A stretch of DNA of 64,000 nucleotides from Flavobacteriales bacterium (GCA_965277895.1 CBDIDR010000001.1:512430-576429); one strand, 5' to 3'; shown: positions 18,342 through 29,209, counted from the first letter of the stretch. A program made the numbers and translations. Notes: generated by a model from the letters alone, not told the origin.

Positions 18342-19580
18342 ATGGCTAAATTTATTAGATTAGATAAGCATCATTTCCTCTCGATTTTTTCATTAACATT
18401 CCTGTTCACATTTTTATCTTTTACCTCATCTTCACAGAACATTGAAGAAGGCGAAAAGCTATATAAGGCAAATTGTACAGCTTGTCATCAAATTGACAAC
18501 AAACTGATTGGCCCAGCTTTACGCGGAGTGAGTGATAAGTATTCTGAAGAATGGTTGATAAAGTGGATTAAAAATTCTGCTGAGTTAATCGCCTCAGGTG
18601 ATGCTGATGCGATAGCCATTTACGAAGAATACAACAAGTCTCCAATGACGGCTTTTCCTTATTTTTCCGATGAAGATGTCGTAAATATCTTAGCATACAT
18701 TGAAGAAGCTCCTGCAAAACAAACAGTAGCTGTAGCTTCTGCATCAGACGGCGGCGTTGTTGTTGATGAAAGCAAAACAACTGACTATATCATATTAACT
18801 ATTTCTATAGTCCTATTGTTAGTTGTAGCAGGGTTATGGAAAATTAAAAACACTTTAAAGGATGCATCTGGTGAAGAAAGTCAAGATTTCTTTGCCTCAA
18901 CAGTTTCATTACTAAACTCATATTTAGAAAGAAAACCTCTTGTTGTTTTGACAGTGTTAGTATTAGCTGTCTTTGGATTAAATTCAGCTTGGAACCTAAT
19001 GACCGGAGTTGGTGTAACTCAAGGCTATAAGCCGGAACAACCAATTGCATTCTCTCACAAGTTACATGCAGGAATGAATGGTGTTGACTGTAACTACTGT
19101 CACCACTCAGCTAGACATGGAAAATCTGCGGCAATACCATCAGCTAACGTTTGTATGAACTGCCATACATATATTAGTGAAGGACCATCAGGAAAGGAAG
19201 AAATTCAAAAAATCTATGACGCTGTTGGCTTTGACCCTGAAAAAGGAAGATACATTGAGGATTATGAGCAAAAGCCAATTAAGTGGGTAAGGATTCATAA
19301 TCTGCCAGATTTAGCATACTTCAATCACTCTCAGCATGTTGTTGCTGGAGGCATAGAATGTCAAGAATGTCATGGCCCTATTGAGGAAATGGAAGTTGTT
19401 GAGCAGCATTCAGAATTGACTATGGGTTGGTGTATTGATTGTCACAGACAAACAGAAGTAAACGTCGCTGATAACGACTACTACGAGGAGATGCATGCTA
19501 AATTTAAGGAAAACCACCCAGGTGAGGCGTTTAATGTTGAGGCGATTGGTGGTCTCGAATGTGGTAAGTGTCACTACTAA
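18342..19580 (+). CDS. actA: Alternative complex III multiheme cytochrome c subunit ActA, with an extra N-terminal monoheme class-I-like domain
   Basis: Six CxxCH motifs are read: CTACH, CNYCH, CMNCH, CQECH, CIDCH, CGKCH. A membrane anchor lies between the first domain and the pentaheme part. It is the first gene of an act-like cluster. Confidence 0.8.
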   Translation: MAKFIRLDKHHFLSIFSLTFLFTFLSFTSSSQNIEEGEKLYKANCTACHQIDNKLIGPALRGVSDKYSEEWLIKWIKNSAELIASGDADAIAIYEEYNKSPMTAFPYFSDEDVVNILAYIEEAPAKQTVAVASASDGGVVVDESKTTDYIILTISIVLLLVVAGLWKIKNTLKDASGEESQDFFASTVSLLNSYLERKPLVVLTVLVLAVFGLNSAWNLMTGVGVTQGYKPEQPIAFSHKLHAGMNGVDCNYCHHSARHGKSAAIPSANVCMNCHTYISEGPSGKEEIQKIYDAVGFDPEKGRYIEDYEQKPIKWVRIHNLPDLAYFNHSQHVVAGGIECQECHGPIEEMEVVEQHSELTMGWCIDCHRQTEVNVADNDYYEEMHAKFKENHPGEAFNVEAIGGLECGKCHY

Positions 19581-19604
19581 ATCAAAAATTAATTAGTTTA
19601 AGAT

Positions 19605-22586
19605 ATGACTAAGCAAAAAAAATACTGGAAGGGGTTAGCAGAATTAGCTAATGATCCAGCTATTGAAAATTTAAAACACAACGAGTTTGCTGAAAAGATT
19701 CCTGTAGATGACTTTCTTGGCGATAGCGAAACACTTTCTAATTCAAGCACATCGCGTAGAGACTTTTTGAAGTTTTTAGGTTTTAGTACTGCTGCTGCTA
19801 CATTGGCAGCATGTGAAACTCCTGTTATAAAATCTATCCCTTACGTTGTTAAGCCTGAAGAAATTACGCCAGGCGTTGCCAATTGGTATGCCTCAACGTT
19901 TTATGATGGAAATGACTTTGCAAACGTCTTAGTAAAAACAAGAGAAGGACGTCCAATCTTCATTAAATCCAATGACCTAACTTCTGCTACCCCTAATGCA
20001 AGAGTTATTTCATCTGTATTATCATTATACGATTCAAACAGACTAAAAGGGCCAATGCACAATGGTAAAGAAGTTTCTTGGTCTGACGCTGATAGCGATA
20101 TCATTAAGAGACTTTCTGAAGTTGAAGGAGATGTAGTAGTTTTAACGAATACTATCATTAGTCCAACAACACAGTCAGTGATTGACAAATTCTGTTCAAA
20201 GCACAATGCAACTCACGTACAATACGATGCAATTTCATATCAAGGTATGCTAAACGCTAATCTTGAATCCTTTGGTCAGAGAGTAATTCCAACCTATAAA
20301 TTGGATAAGGCAGATGTTCTGGTTTCATTTGGAGCTGACTTTTTAGGAAGTTGGTTGAACGTTGGGTTTGAAAAGCAATACGCTTCAAATAGAAATCCAA
20401 AGTCAGGGAAAATGTCTCGTCATTTCCAGATAGAAACGAATATGTCTTTATCAGGCTCTAATGCCGACGTTAGGATTCCCGTAAAACCTTCCGAAAAATT
20501 AAGCTTACTAGAAAATCTTTTTGATGCATTGAAAGGAAATTCTTCTGCCGATGCTAGAATAAAGGACATGGTAAGTGAACTGTCAGCAGCTAAAGGAAGA
20601 TCTTTAGTAATTTGTGACAGTAATGATAAAGCTGTACAGATAATGGTGAACGCCATTAATGACCTGCTTTCCAACTATGGAGCAACTATAGATTTATCAA
20701 ATCCATCTTATTTAAATGCTGGGGACGATAATGCAGTAGCTCAGCTTGTTGAGGATATGAATGCTGGAAAGGTTGGTGCTTTAATCATGAGTGGTGTTAA
20801 TCCATCTTACACATTATCTAATGCAGAGGACTTTAACTCTGGGTTAGATAAGGTATCACTTACCATTTCTACAGCTTTAAGTATGGACGAAACATCAACT
20901 AATGTTGAGTATGTATGTCCAGATCGCCATTATTTAGAAAGCTGGGGAGATGCACAAGCATTCCACGGACAGATATCATTCACACAACCTACTATCCAGC
21001 CATTATTTGATAGTCGTCAATTCCAGGACTCAGCGTTATTGTGGTCTGGAGTAGACTCAGACTATTACGCTTTTGCAAAGAAGTATTGGAGAGGAAAAAC
21101 ATCATGGTCAAAATCAATTCATGATGGAGTAGCAAGTATATCAAATGAGCCATTAAGATTAACTTCTTTTTCAGCAAATGTAACATCAATCACTAAAAAT
21201 TCTGAGGGATTAGAGCTAGCATTATATCAGTCTAATTCTATGGGTGATGGTTCACAAGCAAACAACCCTTGGCTACAAGAATTACCTGATCCAATTTCAA
21301 GAGCATGTTGGGATAATTACATTACAATTTCAGCGACTACAGCTCGTGAAAATGGATTGTCAAATTGGAATGGTTCCGACGGATCATTAGATGGTGATGT
21401 AGTAAAACTTACAGTTGGTGATAAGGTATTAGAGAAAGTTCCAGTTTTAATTCAGCCAGGACAAGCAATAGGCACTATTGGTTTAGCCTTAGGCTATGGA
21501 CGAACTGCCTCTGGAAAAGTTGGAAATGGTGTAGGAGTAAATGCTTACACTTTAGTTTCTAACAACGACTATACTGCTTCAGGAGTACAAATGGAGAAAG
21601 TAGAAGGAGAGCATGGTTTTGCTTCTGTACAGTTGCACCATACTATGATGGGTAGAAGTCTTATTAAAGAAACTACTCTAGAAGAATATAACGCAGACCC
21701 TAAATCGGGTAATCCTGATATTTTGTTTGAAACACATAAAGGCAAGTTATTTGCTGATGAAGTTACTTTATGGAAAGAACACGACCATGAAACAGGTCAT
21801 TTCTGGAATTTATCTATAGACTTGACATCTTGTATAGGTTGTAATGCATGTGTAGTAGCTTGTCATTCGGAGAACAACGTACCTGTTGTTGGAAAAGAAG
21901 AGGTAAGAAAAAGTAGAGATATGCACTGGTTACGTATCGACAGATACTTCTCTAGTGATATGACAGAAGAAATCGCTGAAGAGCAAGACTTAGGAGCGGT
22001 ATCTAAATACAAAGCAATGGAAGTTCCTTCTGAAAATCCAGATGTTGCTTATCAACCAGTTATGTGTCAGCACTGTAATCATGCTCCATGTGAAACTGTT
22101 TGCCCTGTTGCGGCAACTTCACATAGTGCAGAAGGACAGAATCATATGGCTTACAATAGATGTGTAGGTACACGTTATTGCGCAAACAACTGTCCTTATA
22201 AAGTTCGTCGTTTCAACTGGTTCAACTATGCTGAAAACGATGCCTTTGACTACAATATGAATGATGACTTGGGTAAAATGGTATTGAACCCAGATGTTAC
22301 TGTCAGAATTAGAGGGGTCATGGAAAAATGTAGTATGTGTATTCAAATGATTCAAAAAACAAAACTTGATGCTAAACGCGATGGCAGAAAGGTTTTAGAT
22401 AAAGATGCACAAACCGCTTGCTCAACAGCATGTCCAACAAACGCACTCGTATTTGGTGATGTTAACGACGAATCAAGTGAAGTAAGAACCCTAAAATCTG
22501 ATGAAAGACAGTATTATTTACTTGAGGAGATTAATACTGCTCCTTCTGTATTTTATCAGACAAAAATTAGAAATAGAAAAGCTTAA
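19605..22586 (+). CDS. actB: Alternative complex III subunit ActB (molybdopterin-oxidoreductase-like domain plus 4Fe-4S ferredoxin domain)
   Basis: Tat-type signal SRRDFLKFLGFSTAAA. The C-terminal half has Cys clusters CIGCNACVVAC, CQHCNHAPCETVCP and CVGTRYCANNCPY. Confidence 0.85.
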   Translation: MTKQKKYWKGLAELANDPAIENLKHNEFAEKIPVDDFLGDSETLSNSSTSRRDFLKFLGFSTAAATLAACETPVIKSIPYVVKPEEITPGVANWYASTFYDGNDFANVLVKTREGRPIFIKSNDLTSATPNARVISSVLSLYDSNRLKGPMHNGKEVSWSDADSDIIKRLSEVEGDVVVLTNTIISPTTQSVIDKFCSKHNATHVQYDAISYQGMLNANLESFGQRVIPTYKLDKADVLVSFGADFLGSWLNVGFEKQYASNRNPKSGKMSRHFQIETNMSLSGSNADVRIPVKPSEKLSLLENLFDALKGNSSADARIKDMVSELSAAKGRSLVICDSNDKAVQIMVNAINDLLSNYGATIDLSNPSYLNAGDDNAVAQLVEDMNAGKVGALIMSGVNPSYTLSNAEDFNSGLDKVSLTISTALSMDETSTNVEYVCPDRHYLESWGDAQAFHGQISFTQPTIQPLFDSRQFQDSALLWSGVDSDYYAFAKKYWRGKTSWSKSIHDGVASISNEPLRLTSFSANVTSITKNSEGLELALYQSNSMGDGSQANNPWLQELPDPISRACWDNYITISATTARENGLSNWNGSDGSLDGDVVKLTVGDKVLEKVPVLIQPGQAIGTIGLALGYGRTASGKVGNGVGVNAYTLVSNNDYTASGVQMEKVEGEHGFASVQLHHTMMGRSLIKETTLEEYNADPKSGNPDILFETHKGKLFADEVTLWKEHDHETGHFWNLSIDLTSCIGCNACVVACHSENNVPVVGKEEVRKSRDMHWLRIDRYFSSDMTEEIAEEQDLGAVSKYKAMEVPSENPDVAYQPVMCQHCNHAPCETVCPVAATSHSAEGQNHMAYNRCVGTRYCANNCPYKVRRFNWFNYAENDAFDYNMNDDLGKMVLNPDVTVRIRGVMEKCSMCIQMIQKTKLDAKRDGRKVLDKDAQTACSTACPTNALVFGDVNDESSEVRTLKSDERQYYLLEEINTAPSVFYQTKIRNRKA

Positions 22587-22596
22587 TTAATAAATT

Positions 22597-23970
22597 ATGC
22601 AAAAAGAAAGCCCTATAAGAGAGCCACTAATTTTAGGTAATAAAAGTTACCATGATATTACTGTTGACGTCGCTAAGCCAGTATTAGCCAAAGCCAACAA
22701 AATGTGGTGGATTGTATTTGGAATCTCATTAGTCTTATTTGTTTGGTGGATATTATCTGTTGGATACACAATAGGTACAGGAATTGGCGTTTGGGGATTG
22801 AACAAAACCGTTGGATGGGCATGGGATATTACTAACTTCGTTTGGTGGGTAGGTATCGGTCACGCTGGAACGCTAATTTCAGCCGTACTATTACTATTCA
22901 GACAGAAGTGGAGATTATCAATCAACCGTTCTGCAGAGGCGATGACTATTTTTGCCGTTGTTCAGGCAGCAATGTTCCCATTAATTCACATGGGAAGACC
23001 ATGGTTAGGCTATTTTGTATTTCCTATCCCAAATACTTTTGGGTCATTGTGGGTAAACTTTAACTCACCATTACTTTGGGACGTTTTTGCGATTTCTACT
23101 TATTTCTCCGTTTCTTTTGTATTCTGGTATGTAGGTTTAATTCCTGACTTTGCTATGATTAGAGACAAGGTTAATGAAAAGTATTGGCCACTGCGTAAAA
23201 AGGTATATAGTATACTATCGTTCGGATGGAGCGGTAGAGCTAAAGATTGGCAACGATTTGAAGAGGTATCATTGGTATTAGCAGGTTTAGCTACTCCGCT
23301 TGTATTCTCGGTGCACTCTATTGTATCTTTTGACTTCGCAACCTCTGTTATACCTGGATGGCACACCACTATATTTCCTCCATACTTTGTTGCTGGAGCG
23401 GTATTTTCTGGTTTTGCCATGGTACAAACTCTCTTATTAGTGATGAGAAAAGTTGTAGGTTTAGAAGCTTACATTACTATTAAGCATGTAGAGTACATGA
23501 ATATAGTTATTATGTTGACTGGTAATTTGGTAGGTATTGCATACTTAACTGAGCTTTTCATGGCATGGTATTCAGGAGTTGAATTTGAGCAATATGCTTT
23601 CTTGAACAGAGCAACAGGACCTTACTGGTGGGCATATTGGAGTATGATGACGTGTAATGTTATCTCACCTCAGTTAATGTGGTTTAAAAAATTAAGAACC
23701 AACATCGTGTTTACATTCATATTAGCATTGTTCGTAAACATAGGCATGTGGTTTGAGCGATTTGTAATTATTGTAACATCTCTCCACCGTGATTATTTAC
23801 CATCAAGTTGGAGTATGTTCTCACCAACCTTTGTTGACATAGGTATTTTTGTGGGGTCTATCGGTTTCTTCTTTGTACTATTCCTATTGTATTCAAGAAC
23901 ATTCCCAGTAATTGCACAAGCGGAATTAAAAACGATTGTAAAATCTTCTAGCGAACAATATAAAAAGTAA
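22597..23970 (+). CDS. actC: Alternative complex III quinol-oxidising membrane subunit ActC (NrfD/PsrC-like)
   Basis: 457-aa polytopic protein with NrfD-like sequence (WGLNKTVGWAWDITNFVWWVGIGHAGT), positioned after actB. Confidence 0.85.
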   Translation: MQKESPIREPLILGNKSYHDITVDVAKPVLAKANKMWWIVFGISLVLFVWWILSVGYTIGTGIGVWGLNKTVGWAWDITNFVWWVGIGHAGTLISAVLLLFRQKWRLSINRSAEAMTIFAVVQAAMFPLIHMGRPWLGYFVFPIPNTFGSLWVNFNSPLLWDVFAISTYFSVSFVFWYVGLIPDFAMIRDKVNEKYWPLRKKVYSILSFGWSGRAKDWQRFEEVSLVLAGLATPLVFSVHSIVSFDFATSVIPGWHTTIFPPYFVAGAVFSGFAMVQTLLLVMRKVVGLEAYITIKHVEYMNIVIMLTGNLVGIAYLTELFMAWYSGVEFEQYAFLNRATGPYWWAYWSMMTCNVISPQLMWFKKLRTNIVFTFILALFVNIGMWFERFVIIVTSLHRDYLPSSWSMFSPTFVDIGIFVGSIGFFFVLFLLYSRTFPVIAQAELKTIVKSSSEQYKK

Positions 23971-23974
23971 AGAC

Positions 23975-24496
23975 ATGAGTAAAAAAGTCATTTACGGAAT
24001 ATTTGATGATGAAGAAGTACTTCTTGATAGTATCAAAGAGGTGCGTTCTAAGGATATTTCCATTAAAGAAGTTTATACACCATTTCCTGTCCATGGACTT
24101 GACCATGCTTTAGGTTTGGAAAGAACTCGATTGGCAATAGCGGCTTTCATCTATGGAGCTATTGGTTGTACTCTAGCAATATGGATGACTTATTACATTA
24201 TGATTTTAGACTGGCCTCAAAATATTGGTGGTAAGCCAAGTTTTGCATACTACTTGAACATGCCAGCATTTGTTCCAATCATTTTTGAGATGACAGTATT
24301 ATTTGCTGCTCACCTGATGGTAATTACTTATTTATTTAAATCTAAGCTGTTCCCAGGTCAAGAGTCATCTAGTCCTGACCCACGTACAACAGATGATAAA
24401 TTCCTTATGGAAATAGAATCTGATGATGATAAGAAAATCAGTGATTTATTAAAAAAGACTGGTGCAACAGAAATTAACGTTAAAGACATTGCATAA
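23975..24496 (+). CDS. actD: Alternative complex III subunit ActD (DUF3341-like)
   Basis: 173 aa. N-terminal IYGIFDDEE...VYTPFPVHGL pattern followed by two TM segments. Conserved position. Confidence 0.8.
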   Translation: MSKKVIYGIFDDEEVLLDSIKEVRSKDISIKEVYTPFPVHGLDHALGLERTRLAIAAFIYGAIGCTLAIWMTYYIMILDWPQNIGGKPSFAYYLNMPAFVPIIFEMTVLFAAHLMVITYLFKSKLFPGQESSSPDPRTTDDKFLMEIESDDDKKISDLLKKTGATEINVKDIA

Positions 24497-25093
24497 ATGA
24501 AAACAGTATCTACTAAAATCCTTCTAATAGCGGTACCTTTTTTAGCGATATCGTTGTTATTTTCGTCTTGCTCTAATAATGAGGATGGAAGACCTGGTTA
24601 TGAATTTATGCCAGATATGTACCGTTCGCCTTCTTTAGAAATATATTCGTCTAATACCTTTTTCAAAGACAGCCTCAATGCACGTCAGCCCGTAGATGGG
24701 ACTATGCCAAGAGGGTTTGTAGCTTTTGATTATGAGAACACACTTGAAGATTATTTATTAGCAGGTAACGAATTGAAAAATCCGTTTGAAAACTCTGAAG
24801 AAAATCTTGAGAAAGGCAAGAAATTATATCAAATGTTTTGTACGCACTGCCATGGAAAAAATGGTGACGGTAAAGGAAGCATTACACATCCAGTATACGG
24901 AGCTATCCCCAGTTATGCTGATGATGTGATGATTAGAAGAACTGGAGGAAATATGAATACTCTAGCGGATGGTAACATTTACCATGCCATATATTATGGA
25001 TTAAATGCTATGGGCCCTCATAACACACAGTTGAACGATACTGAAAGATGGTTAATAACCATGTATGTTAAAGAATTACAAAAAGGAAACTAA
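24497..25093 (+). CDS. actE: Alternative complex III monoheme cytochrome c subunit ActE (lipoprotein-like)
   Basis: Signal peptide with LFSSC lipobox-like Cys and a single CTHCH heme motif. Its start abuts the actD stop. Confidence 0.8.
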   Translation: MKTVSTKILLIAVPFLAISLLFSSCSNNEDGRPGYEFMPDMYRSPSLEIYSSNTFFKDSLNARQPVDGTMPRGFVAFDYENTLEDYLLAGNELKNPFENSEENLEKGKKLYQMFCTHCHGKNGDGKGSITHPVYGAIPSYADDVMIRRTGGNMNTLADGNIYHAIYYGLNAMGPHNTQLNDTERWLITMYVKELQKGN

Positions 25094-25120
25094 AATTATA
25101 AAGATTAAAACAACTGTTAT

Positions 25121-26299
25121 ATGTACACAGTAACTAAAAATACCAGATTAATCTCTTACGCTTTAATGCTAGTGGGTTTGTTAGCCACTATCTTTGGTTT
25201 TGTTAACGATGCTCATAGAGCTTGGCCGAGTTTAATGGTTAATAATTACTTTTTCTTAGGCATTTCTGCATTTGCCATATTTTTTATTGCCTTGCAGTAT
25301 GCTTCTGAGGCAGCATGGGCAACACCATTTAAACGTGTAGCAGAAGGAATTACTTCCTATTTTATTGTTGGTGGTATCATTATGTTATTTATAATAATTG
25401 CAGGCAAGATGCACTGGAATCACATTTGGCACTGGATGGCAGATGGTATAATGGATCCAAATGACGAGCATTATGATGCTATTATTGCTGGTAAAGAAGG
25501 TTACCTTAACTTTCCTTTTTTCTTCCTAAGAGCTGTAGCCTATATCCTAGGATGGTGGTACGCTGCTAAACGACTAATTGCATTATCCAGAAGAGAAGAT
25601 ACTGAAGGAGGACTAAAAAGCTATAAAGCAAGTATTACAACATCGGTAATTTTTATTGTTTTCTTTGGCTACACCTCTTCCATGATGGCTTGGGACTGGA
25701 TAATGTCGATTGATACACACTGGTTCAGCACACTATTTGGTTGGTTTGTTTTCTCTTCAATGGGAGTAACAGGTTTTACTATGATTGCAATGGTAGCTAT
25801 ATACTTAAAACGAAAAGGCTATTTAGAGCAGGTTAATGAAAACCATATTCACGATTTAGGAAAATGGATTTTTGCATTTAGTATACTATGGACATACATG
25901 TGGTTTTCTCAATTCATGCTGATTTGGTACTCAAATATTCCAGAAGAGGTAACGTATTACATGGCACGTTGGGACAACTACAATGCTTTATTTTGGATAA
26001 CATCTGTTATTAACTTCATATTCCCATTATTAATATTAATGAGCCGAGACAGTAAAAGAAACTTTGGCTATATAATGACTGTTGGTGTTATAGTCTTAAT
26101 CGGACATTGGTGTAATGTGTTTTTGATGATTGAACCTGGTGTGATGAAAGACCATTGGCATATTGGCTTCACTGAAATAGGCATGTTTGCTGGCTTTTTA
26201 GGGCTCTTCCTATTCATTGTGAACAAAGCCCTAACTAAGGCACCATTATTTGTAAAGAATCACCCTTTTGCTGATGAGAGTATTCATCATCACGTATAG
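25121..26299 (+). CDS. actF: Alternative complex III membrane subunit ActF
   Basis: 392-aa polytopic protein in the conserved position after actE. Confidence 0.75.
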   Translation: MYTVTKNTRLISYALMLVGLLATIFGFVNDAHRAWPSLMVNNYFFLGISAFAIFFIALQYASEAAWATPFKRVAEGITSYFIVGGIIMLFIIIAGKMHWNHIWHWMADGIMDPNDEHYDAIIAGKEGYLNFPFFFLRAVAYILGWWYAAKRLIALSRREDTEGGLKSYKASITTSVIFIVFFGYTSSMMAWDWIMSIDTHWFSTLFGWFVFSSMGVTGFTMIAMVAIYLKRKGYLEQVNENHIHDLGKWIFAFSILWTYMWFSQFMLIWYSNIPEEVTYYMARWDNYNALFWITSVINFIFPLLILMSRDSKRNFGYIMTVGVIVLIGHWCNVFLMIEPGVMKDHWHIGFTEIGMFAGFLGLFLFIVNKALTKAPLFVKNHPFADESIHHHV

Positions 26300-26338
26300 A
26301 TATATATTATTAGATAACAAAAAAACAAATAAGCGAAA

Positions 26339-27370
26339 ATGACTACTTTTTTAAGCTTTTTAATCATAACCCTAACAGTAATTGGACTAGTACAAGTTGT
26401 TCGAATAATCGAATTAGCTACAAAGTTAAAAGGTCCTCAAGACAAGATAATTACTGACCAAGATAACCGCTACAATGCACTTGCGATGCTGATAGTAGGC
26501 TTAGGATTTACGGCCTTCGTAGCCTATTCTTTCAAGCTATGGGGACACTTGATTTTACCTGACCCTGTAAGTGTACACGGTGAAGGGATAAAACTATTGT
26601 GGGATACCACTATGGCTCTAATTCTTGTTACCTTTTTTATCACACAGACGTTATTGTTTGTATTTACCTATAAATACAGAGGTAGAGAAGGTAATACAGC
26701 TCTTTTCCAAACCCACAATAATAAATTAGAGTTACTATGGACATCCGTTCCGGCTTTTGTTCTAACAGGTTTAATACTATTTGGATTAAGCACTTGGAAT
26801 AAAACTATGGTCCCTGATACTACTAACGCTAAAATTGTAGAGGTATATGCTCAACAATTTAACTGGACAGCTCGATATGCTGGAGATGATAATCAGTTAG
26901 GTAGAGCTCATTATACTTTGATTGGTGGTGTTAACACTTTGGGTGTAGATATTAATGATTCAACCTCATTTGATGATAAGGTTGTTAGAGAAATTCACCT
27001 TCCTGTTGACCAGCAAGTGCTGATGAAGTTTAGGTCTCAAGATGTAATTCATTCCGCATATCTTCCGCATTTTAATGTGCAGATGAACTGTGTACCAGGT
27101 ATGAATACTCAATTTGCGTTCACACCAACAAAGACGACCAAAGAGATGAGGGAAGACCCTGAAATGATTGAGCGTATGAAATTCATCAACGAAGCAAGAG
27201 CAAAACGAGGTGAATCACCAGTTGAATTCGATTATGTTCTACTTTGTAACAAAATCTGTGGTTCTGCCCACTACAATATGCAGATTAAAGTAATTGTTGA
27301 AACCCAAGAAGAATACGATGCTTGGCTTAAGGAACAAGAGACTTTCAAAACTCTAGTAAGTGCAAACTAA
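26339..27370 (+). CDS. ctaC: Cytochrome c oxidase subunit II
   Basis: Two N-terminal TM helices. Cupredoxin CuA ligand pattern DVIHSAYLPHF ... CNKICGSAHYNM (C-x3-C-x3-H-x2-M). Confidence 0.85.
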   Translation: MTTFLSFLIITLTVIGLVQVVRIIELATKLKGPQDKIITDQDNRYNALAMLIVGLGFTAFVAYSFKLWGHLILPDPVSVHGEGIKLLWDTTMALILVTFFITQTLLFVFTYKYRGREGNTALFQTHNNKLELLWTSVPAFVLTGLILFGLSTWNKTMVPDTTNAKIVEVYAQQFNWTARYAGDDNQLGRAHYTLIGGVNTLGVDINDSTSFDDKVVREIHLPVDQQVLMKFRSQDVIHSAYLPHFNVQMNCVPGMNTQFAFTPTKTTKEMREDPEMIERMKFINEARAKRGESPVEFDYVLLCNKICGSAHYNMQIKVIVETQEEYDAWLKEQETFKTLVSAN

Positions 27371-27392
27371 AAATATAGATTAAGAATATATT

Positions 27393-29156
27393 ATGTCAGA
27401 TAATCACGAACACCACCACGAAGAAACATTCATTTCCAAGTACGTTTTTAGTACTGACCATAAGATGATTGCTAAGCAATTTCTTATTACGGCGATGGTA
27501 ATGGGTGTCATTGCGATTTTAATGTCGGTATTTTTCAGAATGCAATTGGCATGGCCCGCTGAAGGCTACCCTATACTTGAAACATTTTTAGGTAAGTGGG
27601 CTCCTGATGGGGTAATGGATCCAAACATCTATTTAGCACTAGTAACCATTCACGGAACAATCATGGTGTTCTTTGTATTGACTGGTGGACTTAGTGGTAC
27701 ATTTTTTAACCTACTTATTCCACTGCAAATTGGAGCAAGAGATATGGCATCAGGATTCCTGAATATGTTATCATATTGGTTCTTCTTTGTATCTTCAGTT
27801 GTTATGGTCATATCCTTATTTGTGACCTCTGGACCTGCCGCTGCTGGTTGGACTATTTATCCGCCATTGAGTGCCTTGCCACAAGCTATGCCTGGTTCTG
27901 GATTAGGAATGACGCTTTGGTTGGTAAGTATGTCTTTATTTATTGTTTCAGCACTATTAGGCGGACTAAACTATATTGTTACAATACTTAACTTAAGAAC
28001 TAAAGGAATGTCAATGACTAGACTACCTCTAACAATGTGGGCGTTTTTAGTGACGGCAATTTTAGGTGTATTATCTTTCCCAGTATTATTATCAGCAGCT
28101 TTATTGTTGATTTTCGATAGAGGGTTTGGTACAGCCTTTTACTTGTCAGACATTATGATTCAAGGTGAAATGCTGACACAAACGGGTGGTTCTCCGGTAT
28201 TGTTCCAGCACTTATTCTGGTTTTTAGGACACCCTGAGGTATACATTGTATTGCTGCCTGCATTAGGTATTACGTCAGAGGTAGTATCCACCAGTTCTCG
28301 TAAGCCTATATTTGGTTATAGAGCGATGGTTGGCTCTATCTTAGCTATTGGTTTCCTATCCTTTATAGTATGGGGTCACCATATGTTTATGACGGGAATG
28401 AATCCATTTTTAGGTTCAGTATTTACATTTACAACTCTATTAATTGCTATTCCATCGGCAGTAAAAGTATTTAACTACCTTACTACTCTTTGGAAAGGAA
28501 ACATACAATTTACTCCTGCAATGCTGTTCTCAATAGGTTTGGTTTCTACCTTTATTTCTGGTGGACTAACAGGACTTATTTTAGGAGATAGTGCATTAGA
28601 TATTAACGTACACGACACCTACTTTGTAGTAGCTCATTTCCATATTGTAATGGGACTATCTGCTATCTTCGGGATGTTTGCTGGAGTCTATCATTGGTTC
28701 CCAAAAATGTACGGTAAGATGATGAATAAAAACTTAGGTTATGTTCACTTTTGGTTAACCTTTATTTCTGCCTATGGTGTATTCTACCCCATGCACTTTG
28801 TAGGATTGGCTGGTGTACCAAGACGATACTATTCTAACACTGCCTTCCCTATGTTTGACGGCCTAGTAGAAATTAATGAGCTGATAACGGTCTTTGCTAT
28901 TTTAGGAGCTGTTGCTCAGGTATTTTTCTTCTTCAATTTCTTCTACAGTATTTATAGAGGAAAAGATGCTCCGCAAAACCCATGGCGTTCGAATACATTA
29001 GAGTGGACAACACCTACACATGATAGAATACACGGTAACTGGCCAGGTGAAATACCTAGCGTTCACCGTTGGGCATACGACTACAGTAAGCCAGGTGCTG
29101 ATGAAGATTTTGTATCTCAAATAGTGCCACTCAAAGAGGGTGAAGAAGAACACTAA
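27393..29156 (+). CDS. ctaD: Cytochrome c oxidase subunit I
   Basis: Heme-copper oxidase signatures: WFLGHPEVYI, VWGHHMF, and HDTYFVVAHFH. Confidence 0.95.
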   Translation: MSDNHEHHHEETFISKYVFSTDHKMIAKQFLITAMVMGVIAILMSVFFRMQLAWPAEGYPILETFLGKWAPDGVMDPNIYLALVTIHGTIMVFFVLTGGLSGTFFNLLIPLQIGARDMASGFLNMLSYWFFFVSSVVMVISLFVTSGPAAAGWTIYPPLSALPQAMPGSGLGMTLWLVSMSLFIVSALLGGLNYIVTILNLRTKGMSMTRLPLTMWAFLVTAILGVLSFPVLLSAALLLIFDRGFGTAFYLSDIMIQGEMLTQTGGSPVLFQHLFWFLGHPEVYIVLLPALGITSEVVSTSSRKPIFGYRAMVGSILAIGFLSFIVWGHHMFMTGMNPFLGSVFTFTTLLIAIPSAVKVFNYLTTLWKGNIQFTPAMLFSIGLVSTFISGGLTGLILGDSALDINVHDTYFVVAHFHIVMGLSAIFGMFAGVYHWFPKMYGKMMNKNLGYVHFWLTFISAYGVFYPMHFVGLAGVPRRYYSNTAFPMFDGLVEINELITVFAILGAVAQVFFFFNFFYSIYRGKDAPQNPWRSNTLEWTTPTHDRIHGNWPGEIPSVHRWAYDYSKPGADEDFVSQIVPLKEGEEEH

Positions 29157-29180
29157 GGTTTACTTAATATTGATTTAGTA

Positions 29181-29209
29181 AAAGCCTCATCGAAAGATGG
29201 GGCTTTTTT
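29181..29209 (+). terminator. Strong rho-independent terminator ending the act-cox operon
   Basis: GCCTCATC (29184-29191) pairs with GATGGGGC (29196-29203) across a GAAA loop, followed by T6 (29204-29209). Confidence 0.85.

Noticed and set aside
19615-19622. A8 homopolymer four codons into actB, considered as a slipped-strand phase-variation site.
   Set aside because: It is a core respiratory gene in the middle of an operon, and A-runs encoding Lys-Lys are common in this AT-rich genome. There is no alternative frame with coding potential.
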